The notes: generated from the sequence alone by a model not told the origin. A DNA stretch of 64,000 nt from an uncultured Pseudomonadales bacterium (GCA_964648715.1 CAZYNM010000007.1:1436-65435), one strand, 5' to 3'; positions 37,899-47,602 are shown, counted from the stretch's first letter. Numbers and translations are program-made.

Positions 37899-37926
37899 CA
37901 CTACACATTTGGTCTATACTGAAAAC

Positions 37927-38157
37927 ATGCTGCACGTTCTGCGTAAGCTTCTACACAAAAAGAAAGAACAAAATCCCACCCTCCTTTCTGTTGTGGCACT
38001 CGACCTCGCGGCCGTGATGGTGTGGCGTGGGGCATGGGGATTTATGGATTTGTATATTTTCCCTGATCACAAGGAAATGAGTTTTCTTACTTCACTTACC
38101 CTAGGCTTAGGACTATTTGCTGTATTGAAGTTGTGGAACAGTGGTGAGTCGGCGTAA
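37927..38157 (+). CDS. Small 2-TM hypothetical protein
   Basis: VMVWRGAWGFMDLYIFP and two hydrophobic helices. Confidence 0.65.
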   Translation: MLHVLRKLLHKKKEQNPTLLSVVALDLAAVMVWRGAWGFMDLYIFPDHKEMSFLTSLTLGLGLFAVLKLWNSGESA

Positions 38158-38381
38158 AACCTGCTTGTGGATTCGCGTGCAGCAGTCTGTAAACAACGAT
38201 AAATCTTCATTGATTGAACAGCAATACTTAGAGCAAAAAAAAGTTCTCCAAGTTCTTGATTATGACCTACCATGAGCGGAATACATCTTTGCCGTCTTTC
38301 GCGATGTTACGAACAGTGTCTGAAAATGTTTTCATCACTGGAGTATTACAAATTATGACCCAATAAAGAATATTAATGAGA

Positions 38382-38786
38382 TTAATCTTGATTCGTTAAT
38401 GCATGTAATAAAGGCAAGCTTATCAATTCGCTGTAGATCTTAGATTCAAAAATTGCTGTGAAAAGATGCTCGCTTCCCTCCTGAACTGGGCGATTACTAA
38501 AAAAGATAAGTGGCAATTCTGGCCTGTGTGTATGGATACTTGAAGCAATTGTTTCTCCTTCAGTAAGTTCTTGAGACCATGCATGATTCCATAATCTACC
38601 GTTTATAATTGCACACACGAAACCTTGGGAAAGAATCGCTGGTATCTCTGCTACATCTGTAGGAGTACCTACTACCACATCAAGTTTGGGATTAAGGCGG
38701 AGGAGATATGCTTTCAGCAAATGAATTGAGATAGGATCATCTTCAAAAACAAGTACTTTTTTGTGTTCAGTTGTTGATGGCATCAC
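38382..38786 (-). CDS. Stand-alone receiver-domain-like protein (degenerate)
   Basis: VLVFEDDP and LPLIFFS; the phospho-acceptor position appears as N (IINGRL). Confidence 0.55.
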   Translation of the reverse strand: MMPSTTEHKKVLVFEDDPISIHLLKAYLLRLNPKLDVVVGTPTDVAEIPAILSQGFVCAIINGRLWNHAWSQELTEGETIASSIHTHRPELPLIFFSNRPVQEGSEHLFTAIFESKIYSELISLPLLHALTNQD

Positions 38787-38818
38787 GCCCTTTCATGTGT
38801 GTATACTATCACATGTGT

Positions 38819-39220
38819 ATGAAAATCAAAAAAAAGACGATCTTAAACCTGGATTTTTTTACTATTACTGCTCTAACTGTTGCCGCAACCCGCATTTTTC
38901 TCGCTGTTATATGGGGTACCCCATTTATGGCAGCACAGCAAACTGATGCATGGCATCATTCTTATACAGGTCTGTTGATAGCTGTGTGTGCCTATTTTCT
39001 GCCTCAACGTTTTCGTCGTTTTGCTGCTGCCATTGGAGTAGGTCTTTTTATAGACGAAGCATATTTTTTGCATCAATTTATTGGAATAACAGAGTGCGCC
39101 GGTTATTGGTCTCTACAAGCATACGCAAACATTCTGGTATGGCTAATACTTACGTTTCTTTTTCTTTACTATGAGATTGCTGAAAAACTGACACAGCACT
39201 TACAAAAAAAGGGTGTGTAG
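38819..39220 (+). CDS. Hypothetical membrane protein
   Basis: HHSYTG...GLFIDE pattern with 4 hydrophobic segments. Confidence 0.65.
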   Translation: MKIKKKTILNLDFFTITALTVAATRIFLAVIWGTPFMAAQQTDAWHHSYTGLLIAVCAYFLPQRFRRFAAAIGVGLFIDEAYFLHQFIGITECAGYWSLQAYANILVWLILTFLFLYYEIAEKLTQHLQKKGV

Positions 39221-39267
39221 TGTTTATTCATTGCAGTTCTAGTTTTTTTTCTTTACTATAAAATCAT

Positions 39268-41298
39268 ATGAGAAAAATCTTCAAGAGTCTTTTCATTGTA
39301 CTACCACTTTTGTTTTTGGTTGTATTGGCTGCACCGCTACGTGCTCTGGCAAGTGAAGAATGGCTTGGCTTGGGATTAGGTTGGAACAACTATACTACGC
39401 AAGATATTAAAGACCTTGGTGATCCCTGGGTATACAATTGGGGTGCAGGGGATACGGGAAATAGTAAACCAGTCAATGACAAAGACTACGCGTTCCATCA
39501 TCCAACTGATAGTGACTTCGCTGGCAAGTATGTTCCCACAATATTTACATGTACTAATGGTGCTGTTGACTCAGTATTTAATTGGATTACAGCAAATAAT
39601 TATGCTGGTCCAGTCATTGTGTTTAATGAACCAGATAATCCAGATCAAACAGCAGGTGTATGCAGCCCTGGGGGTGATGTTTCTCCTGCAGTTGATACAC
39701 TTGAATATGCGATTACCAAGCGAGATACCTATTATGCACAAACTAAGAATTACGTAGATCTTATTATTGGGGGAACTTACGCGAGTCCCAATGCTAACTG
39801 GAATTGGTGGCATGATCCAAATTCAAATGCTCCGTGGAAACATCCGTTTTGGATGGACCTCTTTTTAGCAGAGTGGCAAGAACAACACCCTGGACAACAA
39901 TGGCCAAATGTGGAAGGCGTGCACGTCCACTCCTACCATTTGTATAATGCCGGTGATCAGTCTGCCTGGTATATTCAAGCACTTGAAGGAAACTTCGCTG
40001 ATCAAAATGGCTGGAATGACTGGTTTGAGGCACACCCATATGCCCTAGGTACTAAGCAAGAGCTCTGGGTTACTGAGACAGGAATCTTAACGGGCAATGT
40101 ATCTGTGAACAACGTCAACACCATTATGAACGCTGTTTTACCTTTTTACAAAAACAACGTCCCAGAAATAAAACGTGTAGCTTGGTTCACGAATAGTACC
40201 AATAATTTTGCCAATGACATGAAAAATACTTCGTTGGTGGATAACACAAATGGTACAAAAACAGTGTTGTGGAACACCTTCAAAAACTTCTGTACTAACC
40301 AGGGGTATTGTGGTGATCCTTTGACTGATGTCAAAGATGCAACGGTGAGTGGCAATTTTATCACCAATACTAACAATGGTAACCCAGCCACAAGTTGTCC
40401 CGGAACGGGTGAGTGGTGCACGTGGAAGAACACTGCGACTTCACGATTCTTTGTGCAGAATAACGGTGACTTAGTGATTGCAGCTGATCCAGGCACTGGG
40501 TATGAGACCTGTTGGTTACAGTGGCTCAACACAGCTGCAGCGAATGGAGAAACATTTAGAGTAAAGGCCGATTTTAACAGCACCTTTGCCAGCGGAAAGT
40601 CATTTTTCCAGATTCAGACCTGGGATAAAACTAATTTCTTGCCATTCAACTCTACTTGGTCCACAACCGGAAAAACATCAATAGACCAGAATGTCACGGT
40701 CTATAGTTTATTTGGTGGTAGACTGGCACTCAAGTTTTGTGCCTATGGCACTGAAACGTTAACCTCAAGAAAGACTGCAACTTTACAGAATGTGTCTGTT
40801 ACACAAGTCTCTGGTGCAAACGTGAGCGTCAAAGACACAACTGTGACCAACAATCTTTTAACCAATACGGTGCAGTGGGATAATGCATGCGGTCATGGTC
40901 AATGGTGTAGATGGTATCGCGATGGAAATAGTACTACGAATACCAGTAATATTCTGTCCGGAAAGTTCAAGATCGGAACTCCTGGTACCTCGGGCAACTT
41001 TGGAATGTGCTGGATTCAATGGGTTAGTGGTGCAACAGCGAATGGTGCTACCTATCGTATGAAGGGTACCGCTGATACCAGTTTTGGCACCAACAAAACC
41101 TCGTTCCAAATTCAGACGCACTCAAATGAAGCATATAAAATCTTCTATGTGAATGGTGCGAATGCGTCTATTGATCAGACGTTTACGGTAACCGACAATG
41201 TTGATCCCAACTTTGTGGCAGCAAAGTTCTGCACCTGGGGTACCAATAGTGCAGCTGCTGAAGCTACTTTAAAGACTATATCTTTAGAGAAATTATAG
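39268..41298 (+). CDS. Secreted GH128-like glycoside hydrolase with two tandem C-terminal beta-sandwich repeats
   Basis: Signal peptide; WVYNW, YVP, FNEPD, VHSY, LWVTETG, RVAWF; repeats at ~40327-40806 and ~40825-41295. Confidence 0.75.
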   Translation: MRKIFKSLFIVLPLLFLVVLAAPLRALASEEWLGLGLGWNNYTTQDIKDLGDPWVYNWGAGDTGNSKPVNDKDYAFHHPTDSDFAGKYVPTIFTCTNGAVDSVFNWITANNYAGPVIVFNEPDNPDQTAGVCSPGGDVSPAVDTLEYAITKRDTYYAQTKNYVDLIIGGTYASPNANWNWWHDPNSNAPWKHPFWMDLFLAEWQEQHPGQQWPNVEGVHVHSYHLYNAGDQSAWYIQALEGNFADQNGWNDWFEAHPYALGTKQELWVTETGILTGNVSVNNVNTIMNAVLPFYKNNVPEIKRVAWFTNSTNNFANDMKNTSLVDNTNGTKTVLWNTFKNFCTNQGYCGDPLTDVKDATVSGNFITNTNNGNPATSCPGTGEWCTWKNTATSRFFVQNNGDLVIAADPGTGYETCWLQWLNTAAANGETFRVKADFNSTFASGKSFFQIQTWDKTNFLPFNSTWSTTGKTSIDQNVTVYSLFGGRLALKFCAYGTETLTSRKTATLQNVSVTQVSGANVSVKDTTVTNNLLTNTVQWDNACGHGQWCRWYRDGNSTTNTSNILSGKFKIGTPGTSGNFGMCWIQWVSGATANGATYRMKGTADTSFGTNKTSFQIQTHSNEAYKIFYVNGANASIDQTFTVTDNVDPNFVAAKFCTWGTNSAAAEATLKTISLEKL

Positions 41299-41320
41299 AA
41301 CAAAGTTCTGTGCATTACCC

Positions 41321-41992
41321 TCAACAAGCATGCTTGTTGGGGGTTTTCTGCGCAAGAACGGCATAGTAGTCACGACTATCTTTCCACTGTTTGATGGTGG
41401 TGAAGTTATGCATGTCTTCAGCTAGGAGTCTTTTGGTATAGATGAAGTGTGTTAGTCCCTGTTCATCGCCTAGTGTAGGGATGTAGGTGTGTGCTGCTAT
41501 TTTGCGGGCAGTTTTAATTAAGCAGTAGCGAACTTTTCTTTGTGAGTAGCGGCCACATACTGTTAAAAAGAGATACCCACCGGGTTTAATAATTCTGGCA
41601 CATTCAGCAAGTGCGTTCTGTATGTGCTCTCTGGTATTGTGTTGGAGGACTTGGATACTGATAACTGCATCAAAACTGGCAGTGTCATAAGGAAGAGGTT
41701 GATATATATCTCCCCGCGTTAAGATAAGAGTGTGATCCGCCTGGTGTGCTACTCTTCTGGCTTCTGCCAGGCCTTCTGCTGCACTGTCTATCCCAGAAAC
41801 GGCAAAACCTTGTGCTGCAAGAAATACTGCATTTCTCCCAGTCCCACAGCCCAAATCAAGAATGCTGTTTACGCTGTGGTGTTTAAAAAAGTCACTGATA
41901 CCCACCATATCTTCATGCGGTTCACGGAGATCATAGTAGGTATAGCTCTGAAGTTTCTTTTTGTAGATGGTGTTCCAGGAACTATCTGCCAT
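41321..41992 (-). CDS. Class I SAM-dependent methyltransferase
   Basis: ILDLGCGTGRN, FDAVISIQVLQH, IKPGG. Confidence 0.9.
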   Translation of the reverse strand: MADSSWNTIYKKKLQSYTYYDLREPHEDMVGISDFFKHHSVNSILDLGCGTGRNAVFLAAQGFAVSGIDSAAEGLAEARRVAHQADHTLILTRGDIYQPLPYDTASFDAVISIQVLQHNTREHIQNALAECARIIKPGGYLFLTVCGRYSQRKVRYCLIKTARKIAAHTYIPTLGDEQGLTHFIYTKRLLAEDMHNFTTIKQWKDSRDYYAVLAQKTPNKHAC

Positions 41993-42026
41993 ACCGGTAT
42001 TATACCCCTCACCCTTGAACAAGCAC

Positions 42027-42066
42027 AAAAAAACCGCAGGTTGTGCTGGTGCACTTCCTGCGGTTT
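42027..42066 (-). terminator. Rho-independent terminator of the radical SAM operon
   Basis: AAACCGCAGG...CCTGCGGTTT inverted repeat with a T-tract on the minus strand. Confidence 0.8.
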
Positions 42067-42090
42067 GATCTATAAAGGCCTGAGATTTCG

Positions 42091-43245
42091 CTAACGCATG
42101 TGAGTCTTGAACTCACGTGCATTTTGGGCCATGCTTAATGGCCGGGCAAATTCTCGAGGTCCGCCCAAAGAGGTTTGTACATAGATGAGGGTCAGTTCCT
42201 GATATGCATGTGCCGAATGCAGCGCCTGAGATACACCGTCTGTGGTGTTTGCCATGTAGACGTTGTAACCCATGCGCGCTGCAGTCTCTGGAATGTGCGC
42301 AGAGCCAGACAACGATCTCTCCTCCGAACAGGAGCCGTAGGCTCCATTGTCCAGAATGATGTGAGTCATGTTGCTAGGTTGGTGGTGGCCGATGGTGACA
42401 AAGTTGCCAAAGTTAGTAAGGCAACTGGCGTCTCCTTCCACAACTACCACTCGTTTCTCTGGTCGCGAAACCGCAAAACCGAGTCCAATGGCGCTGGTAA
42501 GGCCGAAGCCACCAGCGTTATAGAACTGGTTTGGTGTGTGGTGACGCGCGAACAGTGAGCGGCTGATGAGTCCTGTTGACGAAACAAGTCCCACGTCGGG
42601 TGGCGTAGCACCATGAATTGCTGACAGGATGTCGTCGCGTAGAGCGCTTGCACCTGGCACGGTGTAGTCAAGGATGGTGCCATGGCCATGTGAGGCACTC
42701 ACAGGCGCGCATTTTAGCTGGTGGTGAACCCCTTTCTGTTGGGTCCAGCCACGCTTGACCAGAATGACTCCTGGTTTCTGTGTCTTCTGCATGCTTTGCA
42801 GGCATTCCTCGTACACAGTCCCCGCATTTTGCTCGGTCAAGCATGCATGCCACATGCCATAAGCGTTAAGTAGTGGTTCCGTTGCAGCCCCAGTGGCGAG
42901 GTGTTGAGTCGCATTCTCACCTGGAGCACCTCTGTAGGTGACCAGGAATGGGATCTCCATTTGACAGGGGATCAAGAGTGACCCAATGTCATTGGATGCG
43001 ACCAACATGCCACTGTTTTGCATGTACAGGAGCGGACGTTTGCCCGCTAGCCACATGCCTGCTGCGATACCAACTGCTTCTCGCTCATTGAGTCCAGGGA
43101 TGTGCACGGGCATCTGACCCAGTGCATGGATGAAGTGCCGAAGCACTCCACAGGGAACGCCTGATGATCCACTAACATTTGTGCCCCAACTCTTGATGAA
43201 GTGGCCGATGGGCCCTCCTTCAACGTTGATTGTTAGGTCGTTCAT
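42091..43245 (-). CDS. ThDP-dependent decarboxylase, phosphonopyruvate/sulfopyruvate decarboxylase-like (fused alpha/beta)
   Basis: GVPC, NEREAVGIAAG, YMQNSG, STGLISR, EGDAS...ILDNG; SD AAGAGGTG. Confidence 0.85.
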   Translation of the reverse strand: MNDLTINVEGGPIGHFIKSWGTNVSGSSGVPCGVLRHFIHALGQMPVHIPGLNEREAVGIAAGMWLAGKRPLLYMQNSGMLVASNDIGSLLIPCQMEIPFLVTYRGAPGENATQHLATGAATEPLLNAYGMWHACLTEQNAGTVYEECLQSMQKTQKPGVILVKRGWTQQKGVHHQLKCAPVSASHGHGTILDYTVPGASALRDDILSAIHGATPPDVGLVSSTGLISRSLFARHHTPNQFYNAGGFGLTSAIGLGFAVSRPEKRVVVVEGDASCLTNFGNFVTIGHHQPSNMTHIILDNGAYGSCSEERSLSGSAHIPETAARMGYNVYMANTTDGVSQALHSAHAYQELTLIYVQTSLGGPREFARPLSMAQNAREFKTHMR

Positions 43246-43259
43246 ATGCCACCTCTTTC

Positions 43260-44333
43260 TTAGATTGGATTGTGAATGGACTGCCCTGCGTACTCGCTGT
43301 ACCACGGGCTGCGGTAGTTATCGTAACCCAATGGTCGTAGCGATGAAGCAAAAATGCCCTCTACGATCGTGCGGGCCTGCAAGTAGTAATCCAGCTCTTG
43401 TGCTGCTGGGTCACGCAGTGCTGCGTGATGCGGAAGATACACTTGTAAAAGATTCAGGAGTGGATGCCGGGTCAGTACGGGCAAAAAGCGAGGAAAGTGC
43501 TCTGCAATAGCCTCAAGGCAATCAAGCCCGAGGATGTAGAGCAGGTTTGTTTGCAACCCCCGCTCTTTAGCGTGACTCAGAATTTCCAAGTGCTTGTCCA
43601 GATGAACGCTAGATTTTTTGCGCTTCATCAGGTTGTCTCGCCGCTCGAAGCATTCGACTGTGTTGTAAAGTGCAAAGCGGCCTGCATTTGCCAACCGGTT
43701 GACTGCATCTAGCGTGTTAATCTGTGAGCCGATGTAGCGAATCTCTCCACTAAATCCGAGTCCGCCAAACACACGTTGGATCATCAGTAAGTGGTTGAGG
43801 CAGTCTGCATCGGTGCGGAAGCACCCGGTGACGACGCCGATACTTTCCATGTCTACGTAGCTTGGAACCAGGCCAGTGTCCAGAAAGCCTTGGGCCGCGG
43901 CGCGCATGTTCTGTTCTTCAAGTAAGTTGGAAAAATCCAGTGGTACCAAACTGCTGGTGCCACAGAACTTGCAGCCTCGGCAGGTGCTGCGGCTGTTGCT
44001 GTTGAGCGTCAAGGCTTTGCCACCCTTGCGGATATAGGTTTCTGCGCAGGTGTCGGGATGGACTGGGTCGGCTGGACCGATATACTCGCCAGCCAGCCAA
44101 ACATCTTTCCCATCGTGCAGGAAGGGAGATTCCTGGTCGATGGTCACCGCGAAAAAGTACGACCACCCACTGAGCTGAGGTGTGAGTTTGAACCGCCCTC
44201 GGTTGGTTACCGAGGTGTCAAAGCCAACCGTGCTAGTGCCCATCATATTCAACCCCATCATTAAGATGTCGATGAGGGGAACGTTATACTTATCTGCGAA
44301 CTGCTGTGCTTGTTGGATTGAACGGAAAAACAT
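43260..44333 (-). CDS. Radical SAM enzyme, NikJ/PolH-like
   Basis: TLNSNSRSTCRGCKFC (CxxCxxC), VTGCF, TVECFERR, YRSPWY; SD AAGGAG. Confidence 0.75.
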   Translation of the reverse strand: MFFRSIQQAQQFADKYNVPLIDILMMGLNMMGTSTVGFDTSVTNRGRFKLTPQLSGWSYFFAVTIDQESPFLHDGKDVWLAGEYIGPADPVHPDTCAETYIRKGGKALTLNSNSRSTCRGCKFCGTSSLVPLDFSNLLEEQNMRAAAQGFLDTGLVPSYVDMESIGVVTGCFRTDADCLNHLLMIQRVFGGLGFSGEIRYIGSQINTLDAVNRLANAGRFALYNTVECFERRDNLMKRKKSSVHLDKHLEILSHAKERGLQTNLLYILGLDCLEAIAEHFPRFLPVLTRHPLLNLLQVYLPHHAALRDPAAQELDYYLQARTIVEGIFASSLRPLGYDNYRSPWYSEYAGQSIHNPI

Positions 44334-44916
44334 AGTGTTGCTCCTTCCCTCTTTGAGGGATGAATGAAAATGCGCCCTGTTGGGCAAAAGTTGACAACAT
44401 TTCTTCCAACACTTTTTTGTATGGCTTGTCATAGTCAAAGCCATAGCTCAAAGCGCTGGTGAGCCAGAGAACGAGTTGTAGCTGTGTGACTGCTCCTTCT
44501 GACTTCTGAGTCTGCAGTATCTGCACCGCAAGGACAGTTTTGCCTGTCCTGTTAGCGCCCGCACTGCAGTGAATATAGGCAGTCCCTTCTAGTGAAACGA
44601 TGTGTTGAGCAGCAGTGATGAACGATGGCGCATCCTGTACAGTGAGTACGTGATGCTGCATGGTACTTGCCACTGCTTGACGAAGTGCTGCTACCCGCTG
44701 GCTCTCACCAGGGGCATCTGACTGTAGGGTTACTAGGTGGGTGACACCGTAGTGCGCTTGCAGTCTATTCAGTTGTTGAGGAGTTGGCCATCCTCCACGA
44801 TACATATGAGCTGACACTATCCCAAAGTTTTTGGGGACGTGTTGGTCATCCCAAGTCGCTCGAGGAGGAAGCATGATATGCAGTGAGTGATTGGCGATGT
44901 CGATTGTGAGTTGCAT
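44290..44916 (-). CDS. Cys-based (tyrosine/dual-specificity-type) phosphatase
   Basis: NFGIVS..MYRGGWP and HCSAGANRTG (CX5R). Confidence 0.85.
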   Translation of the reverse strand: MQLTIDIANHSLHIMLPPRATWDDQHVPKNFGIVSAHMYRGGWPTPQQLNRLQAHYGVTHLVTLQSDAPGESQRVAALRQAVASTMQHHVLTVQDAPSFITAAQHIVSLEGTAYIHCSAGANRTGKTVLAVQILQTQKSEGAVTQLQLVLWLTSALSYGFDYDKPYKKVLEEMLSTFAQQGAFSFIPQRGKEQHYVFPFNPTSTAVRR

Positions 44917-44926
44917 ACGTACTTTC

Positions 44927-44998
44927 CTATTTGTCGGGAATAGCATAGGACGCTAGGAGTACTACAAGCAACAGAAGAATAAGGAACGGATCATGCAT
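44927..44998 (-). CDS. Putative 23-aa hydrophobic peptide MHDPFLILLLLVVLLASYAIPDK
   Basis: AAAGAGGT SD upstream of the ATG; the stop lies 10 nt before the phosphatase ATG. Confidence 0.4.
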   Translation of the reverse strand: MHDPFLILLLLVVLLASYAIPDK

Positions 44999-45293
44999 GG
45001 TGTTTTAACCTCTTTGGATGTTAATGATCTATACATATCAAATATGTATTAATGATATTATACATCAAGTCTTTCCGTATCTCAAATTATATATAAGGTT
45101 TCATGTATAAACTAAATTTGAGAGTTAAAATTCTTACTTTCTCTACGTTTTAAGCTAAGAGTAGGTTGAACATATAAAAAGTTTTTGCGTTATTTTTAAA
45201 TTATTCAACTACATGCAAAATAATTGCTGATGGGTGCTGTATGGGCATGCAGGATCTTATATCTAAAGATAGAGAAAATGACTAACAGTATCT

Positions 45294-46028
45294 TCACATG
45301 TTATTTTTCTTTTGTGCCAAAACCAACAGAGACGATCCTAGCGGGAGTGAAATAAAGCGAATACTATATGCTTCTAGTTTACACAAAAATAGGAAGATTA
45401 TTTCTAATAAAGGAGATATGGTGGGTATAACTGAGGCATGTCCTGTAGAGTGATGCAGTACTTTTCTTGTGAAAAAAACAAAGGGAAAAAGTGAAAAAAA
45501 TATATATGTTTTACGCAAGACAACAAAACCATGTTTTTCGAGAATTGTAGACATTTCTTCCAGAGTGAATCTTTGACGGGCGTGCATGACCGTGTCGTGG
45601 TGACTCCACAATTGTGGTAGTGCAGAATCTGTAATAATAATGTTTCCCTTTGGTTTAAGCACCCTTGAAAATTGTGCCACTATCTCGTCTATCTTGACTT
45701 TTTTATGATATAGCACATCAAAGCATGTTATGAGTGAAAAACTGTGCGGTGCAAATGGCAGTCTATTAGCATCTGCCTGTATGACTGCAAGGCCTCTTTT
45801 TTTTGCAACGGTACATGCAAACTGATTACGTTCAATTGCTTGTACAGTGCCAAATTTTTGCAAAAAAAGTGTAATGCCTCCTGTACCACAGCCAACATCT
45901 AATATTTTTTGTTTATTTGATGGGTCACGTAATAATTTCAAAAATGTCTCAATATACATTTTCTTTGCTTTGAACCACCAGTAGTTTTGATCAATTATAG
46001 CCAGTTTTTTATATTCATGATCTTCCAT
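45294..46028 (-). CDS. Class I SAM-dependent methyltransferase
   Basis: YWWFKAK, ILDVGCGTG, DVLYH, LWSHHD. Confidence 0.88.
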   Translation of the reverse strand: MEDHEYKKLAIIDQNYWWFKAKKMYIETFLKLLRDPSNKQKILDVGCGTGGITLFLQKFGTVQAIERNQFACTVAKKRGLAVIQADANRLPFAPHSFSLITCFDVLYHKKVKIDEIVAQFSRVLKPKGNIIITDSALPQLWSHHDTVMHARQRFTLEEMSTILEKHGFVVLRKTYIFFSLFPFVFFTRKVLHHSTGHASVIPTISPLLEIIFLFLCKLEAYSIRFISLPLGSSLLVLAQKKNNM

Positions 46029-46066
46029 ATCTGTGCTATCCTCTATTCCATTACTACACATGTATC

Positions 46067-47602
46067 ATGCATAACAAATTATTAAAAGTATTGATTGTTA
46101 GTACCATAGCATTTTTAGTTATATTTGTTCAACATTTCCCCAATCTGTACGCATCTTGGTATACACCAGAAGGATATACGTATAATTACCAAGCCTCATG
46201 GTTTGACCCGTGGGATGTAAACGTGTATGTTACTGCTATTCGTAATGGTCAAGAAGGCAACATCTTGCTTAAAAACCATTACAATAGTATCCCACAATGG
46301 CGTCCTTCATTCATTTATCCCCTTTATACACTTGCTGGGCATTTAAGTCACGCCAACCCCTACCTTATTTTTCATACCTTGGCCATAATAGTTAGCTGTT
46401 TGACGACAGTTGTTGTCTTTACTTGTTATCAACATGTATTTGGCACATATAAATTAGCTGTGTTAGCTACGATTGTATGTTTGTTGGGCGGAGGTGTGGG
46501 TGCGCTACTTGGTAAAACAGATATCTCTGCTGCCTCACAAATAACAAGTTTTAATTTTCAAAGTGCTACCCAGCGAGCGCATGAAGGCATTGGGGTTACA
46601 ATTTATATTGTTGCTCTCATGACTACATTTTATTACTATGAGGGTAAGAAAACTAAACAAGCTGCTGCAGTTATTATTGGGTCACTATTGGTGGGTGTTG
46701 TTTTTTATCCATACAATATACTCAGCTATTTACTAATTACTTTTATCTACCTTTATCTTAAACTACGGGTCTTTAATGTACGCCCGTATGCTCTTTTATT
46801 TACTGTTGCTAGTATCGTGGGTACCGCAACACTTATTTATTATTTTCACTTACACAGTACTACATTCAGTGCCGCTGCATCTGAAAATCTGCCGAATGTG
46901 CCAATTACAAGCATGCTTATTGGATATGGTGGCTTCATCTCTTTTTTTGTACTACATACTTTTATTGAGAAAAGTACTTTTACAGCTGATCATAAAAAGA
47001 TGAGGTTATTCTTGATCCTGTGGGTTTCGATTTCTATAGTTCTTTCATACCTACCAGGACTGGGTTTCTCACGTTTTTATTTACGTGGTTTATTTTTTCC
47101 GCTCACAGGTCTGATGTTTTTATATTTGTTGTACACTAAGAATCACGTCATTAGATACTTTTTAACGACTTTTTCTATCATACTTTTATTGTCTTCAAGA
47201 CTGAACATTTTTATACTGAGAATGGAGGAAGTTAAAGGGACAAACCCATGGCTTTATACCCATAATGACGTAATTGACGCATTGGATTTTTTGAAGACTC
47301 GATCTGAAGATGGTGTTATAAGTCATAACTATCCAATTTCAAACTTTATACCAGCCTATACAGGAAAGCGCGTGTATGTGGGTCATATGCTTCAGACACC
47401 ACATGCTGCGGAAAGAATAGCATTACTTACTGATTTTTATTTGGGAAAGTTTTCTGAAGAAGAAGCTGCACTGTTTTTAAAATCTAATAATATTACGTTT
47501 GTTATTTACTCTGATCACTTTGCTGGTGACACAGTTCCAACGTACAGTTTCCTGAAAAACGTATTTAAAAATAGGACGGTTCAGATCTTTACTTCAAACT
47601 AA
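46067..47602 (+). CDS. Polytopic membrane protein, GT-C glycosyltransferase-like
   Basis: DVNVY, many TM segments, C-terminal FIPAYTGKRVYVGH..QTP. Confidence 0.65.
   Translation: MHNKLLKVLIVSTIAFLVIFVQHFPNLYASWYTPEGYTYNYQASWFDPWDVNVYVTAIRNGQEGNILLKNHYNSIPQWRPSFIYPLYTLAGHLSHANPYLIFHTLAIIVSCLTTVVVFTCYQHVFGTYKLAVLATIVCLLGGGVGALLGKTDISAASQITSFNFQSATQRAHEGIGVTIYIVALMTTFYYYEGKKTKQAAAVIIGSLLVGVVFYPYNILSYLLITFIYLYLKLRVFNVRPYALLFTVASIVGTATLIYYFHLHSTTFSAAASENLPNVPITSMLIGYGGFISFFVLHTFIEKSTFTADHKKMRLFLILWVSISIVLSYLPGLGFSRFYLRGLFFPLTGLMFLYLLYTKNHVIRYFLTTFSIILLLSSRLNIFILRMEEVKGTNPWLYTHNDVIDALDFLKTRSEDGVISHNYPISNFIPAYTGKRVYVGHMLQTPHAAERIALLTDFYLGKFSEEEAALFLKSNNITFVIYSDHFAGDTVPTYSFLKNVFKNRTVQIFTSN

Noticed and set aside
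38160-38335. Possible SixA-like pseudogene fragment (MVGHNQEL)
   Set aside because: The match is too short, there is no RHG motif, and it could be chance.
41321-41992. Methyltransferase as part of the radical SAM operon
   Set aside because: A strong terminator separates them and the gene has its own TATAAT just upstream. A functional link is not excluded but is unsupported.
42091-43245. Phosphonate biosynthesis cluster
   Set aside because: No PEP mutase is in the window, so the decarboxylase substrate is unproven.
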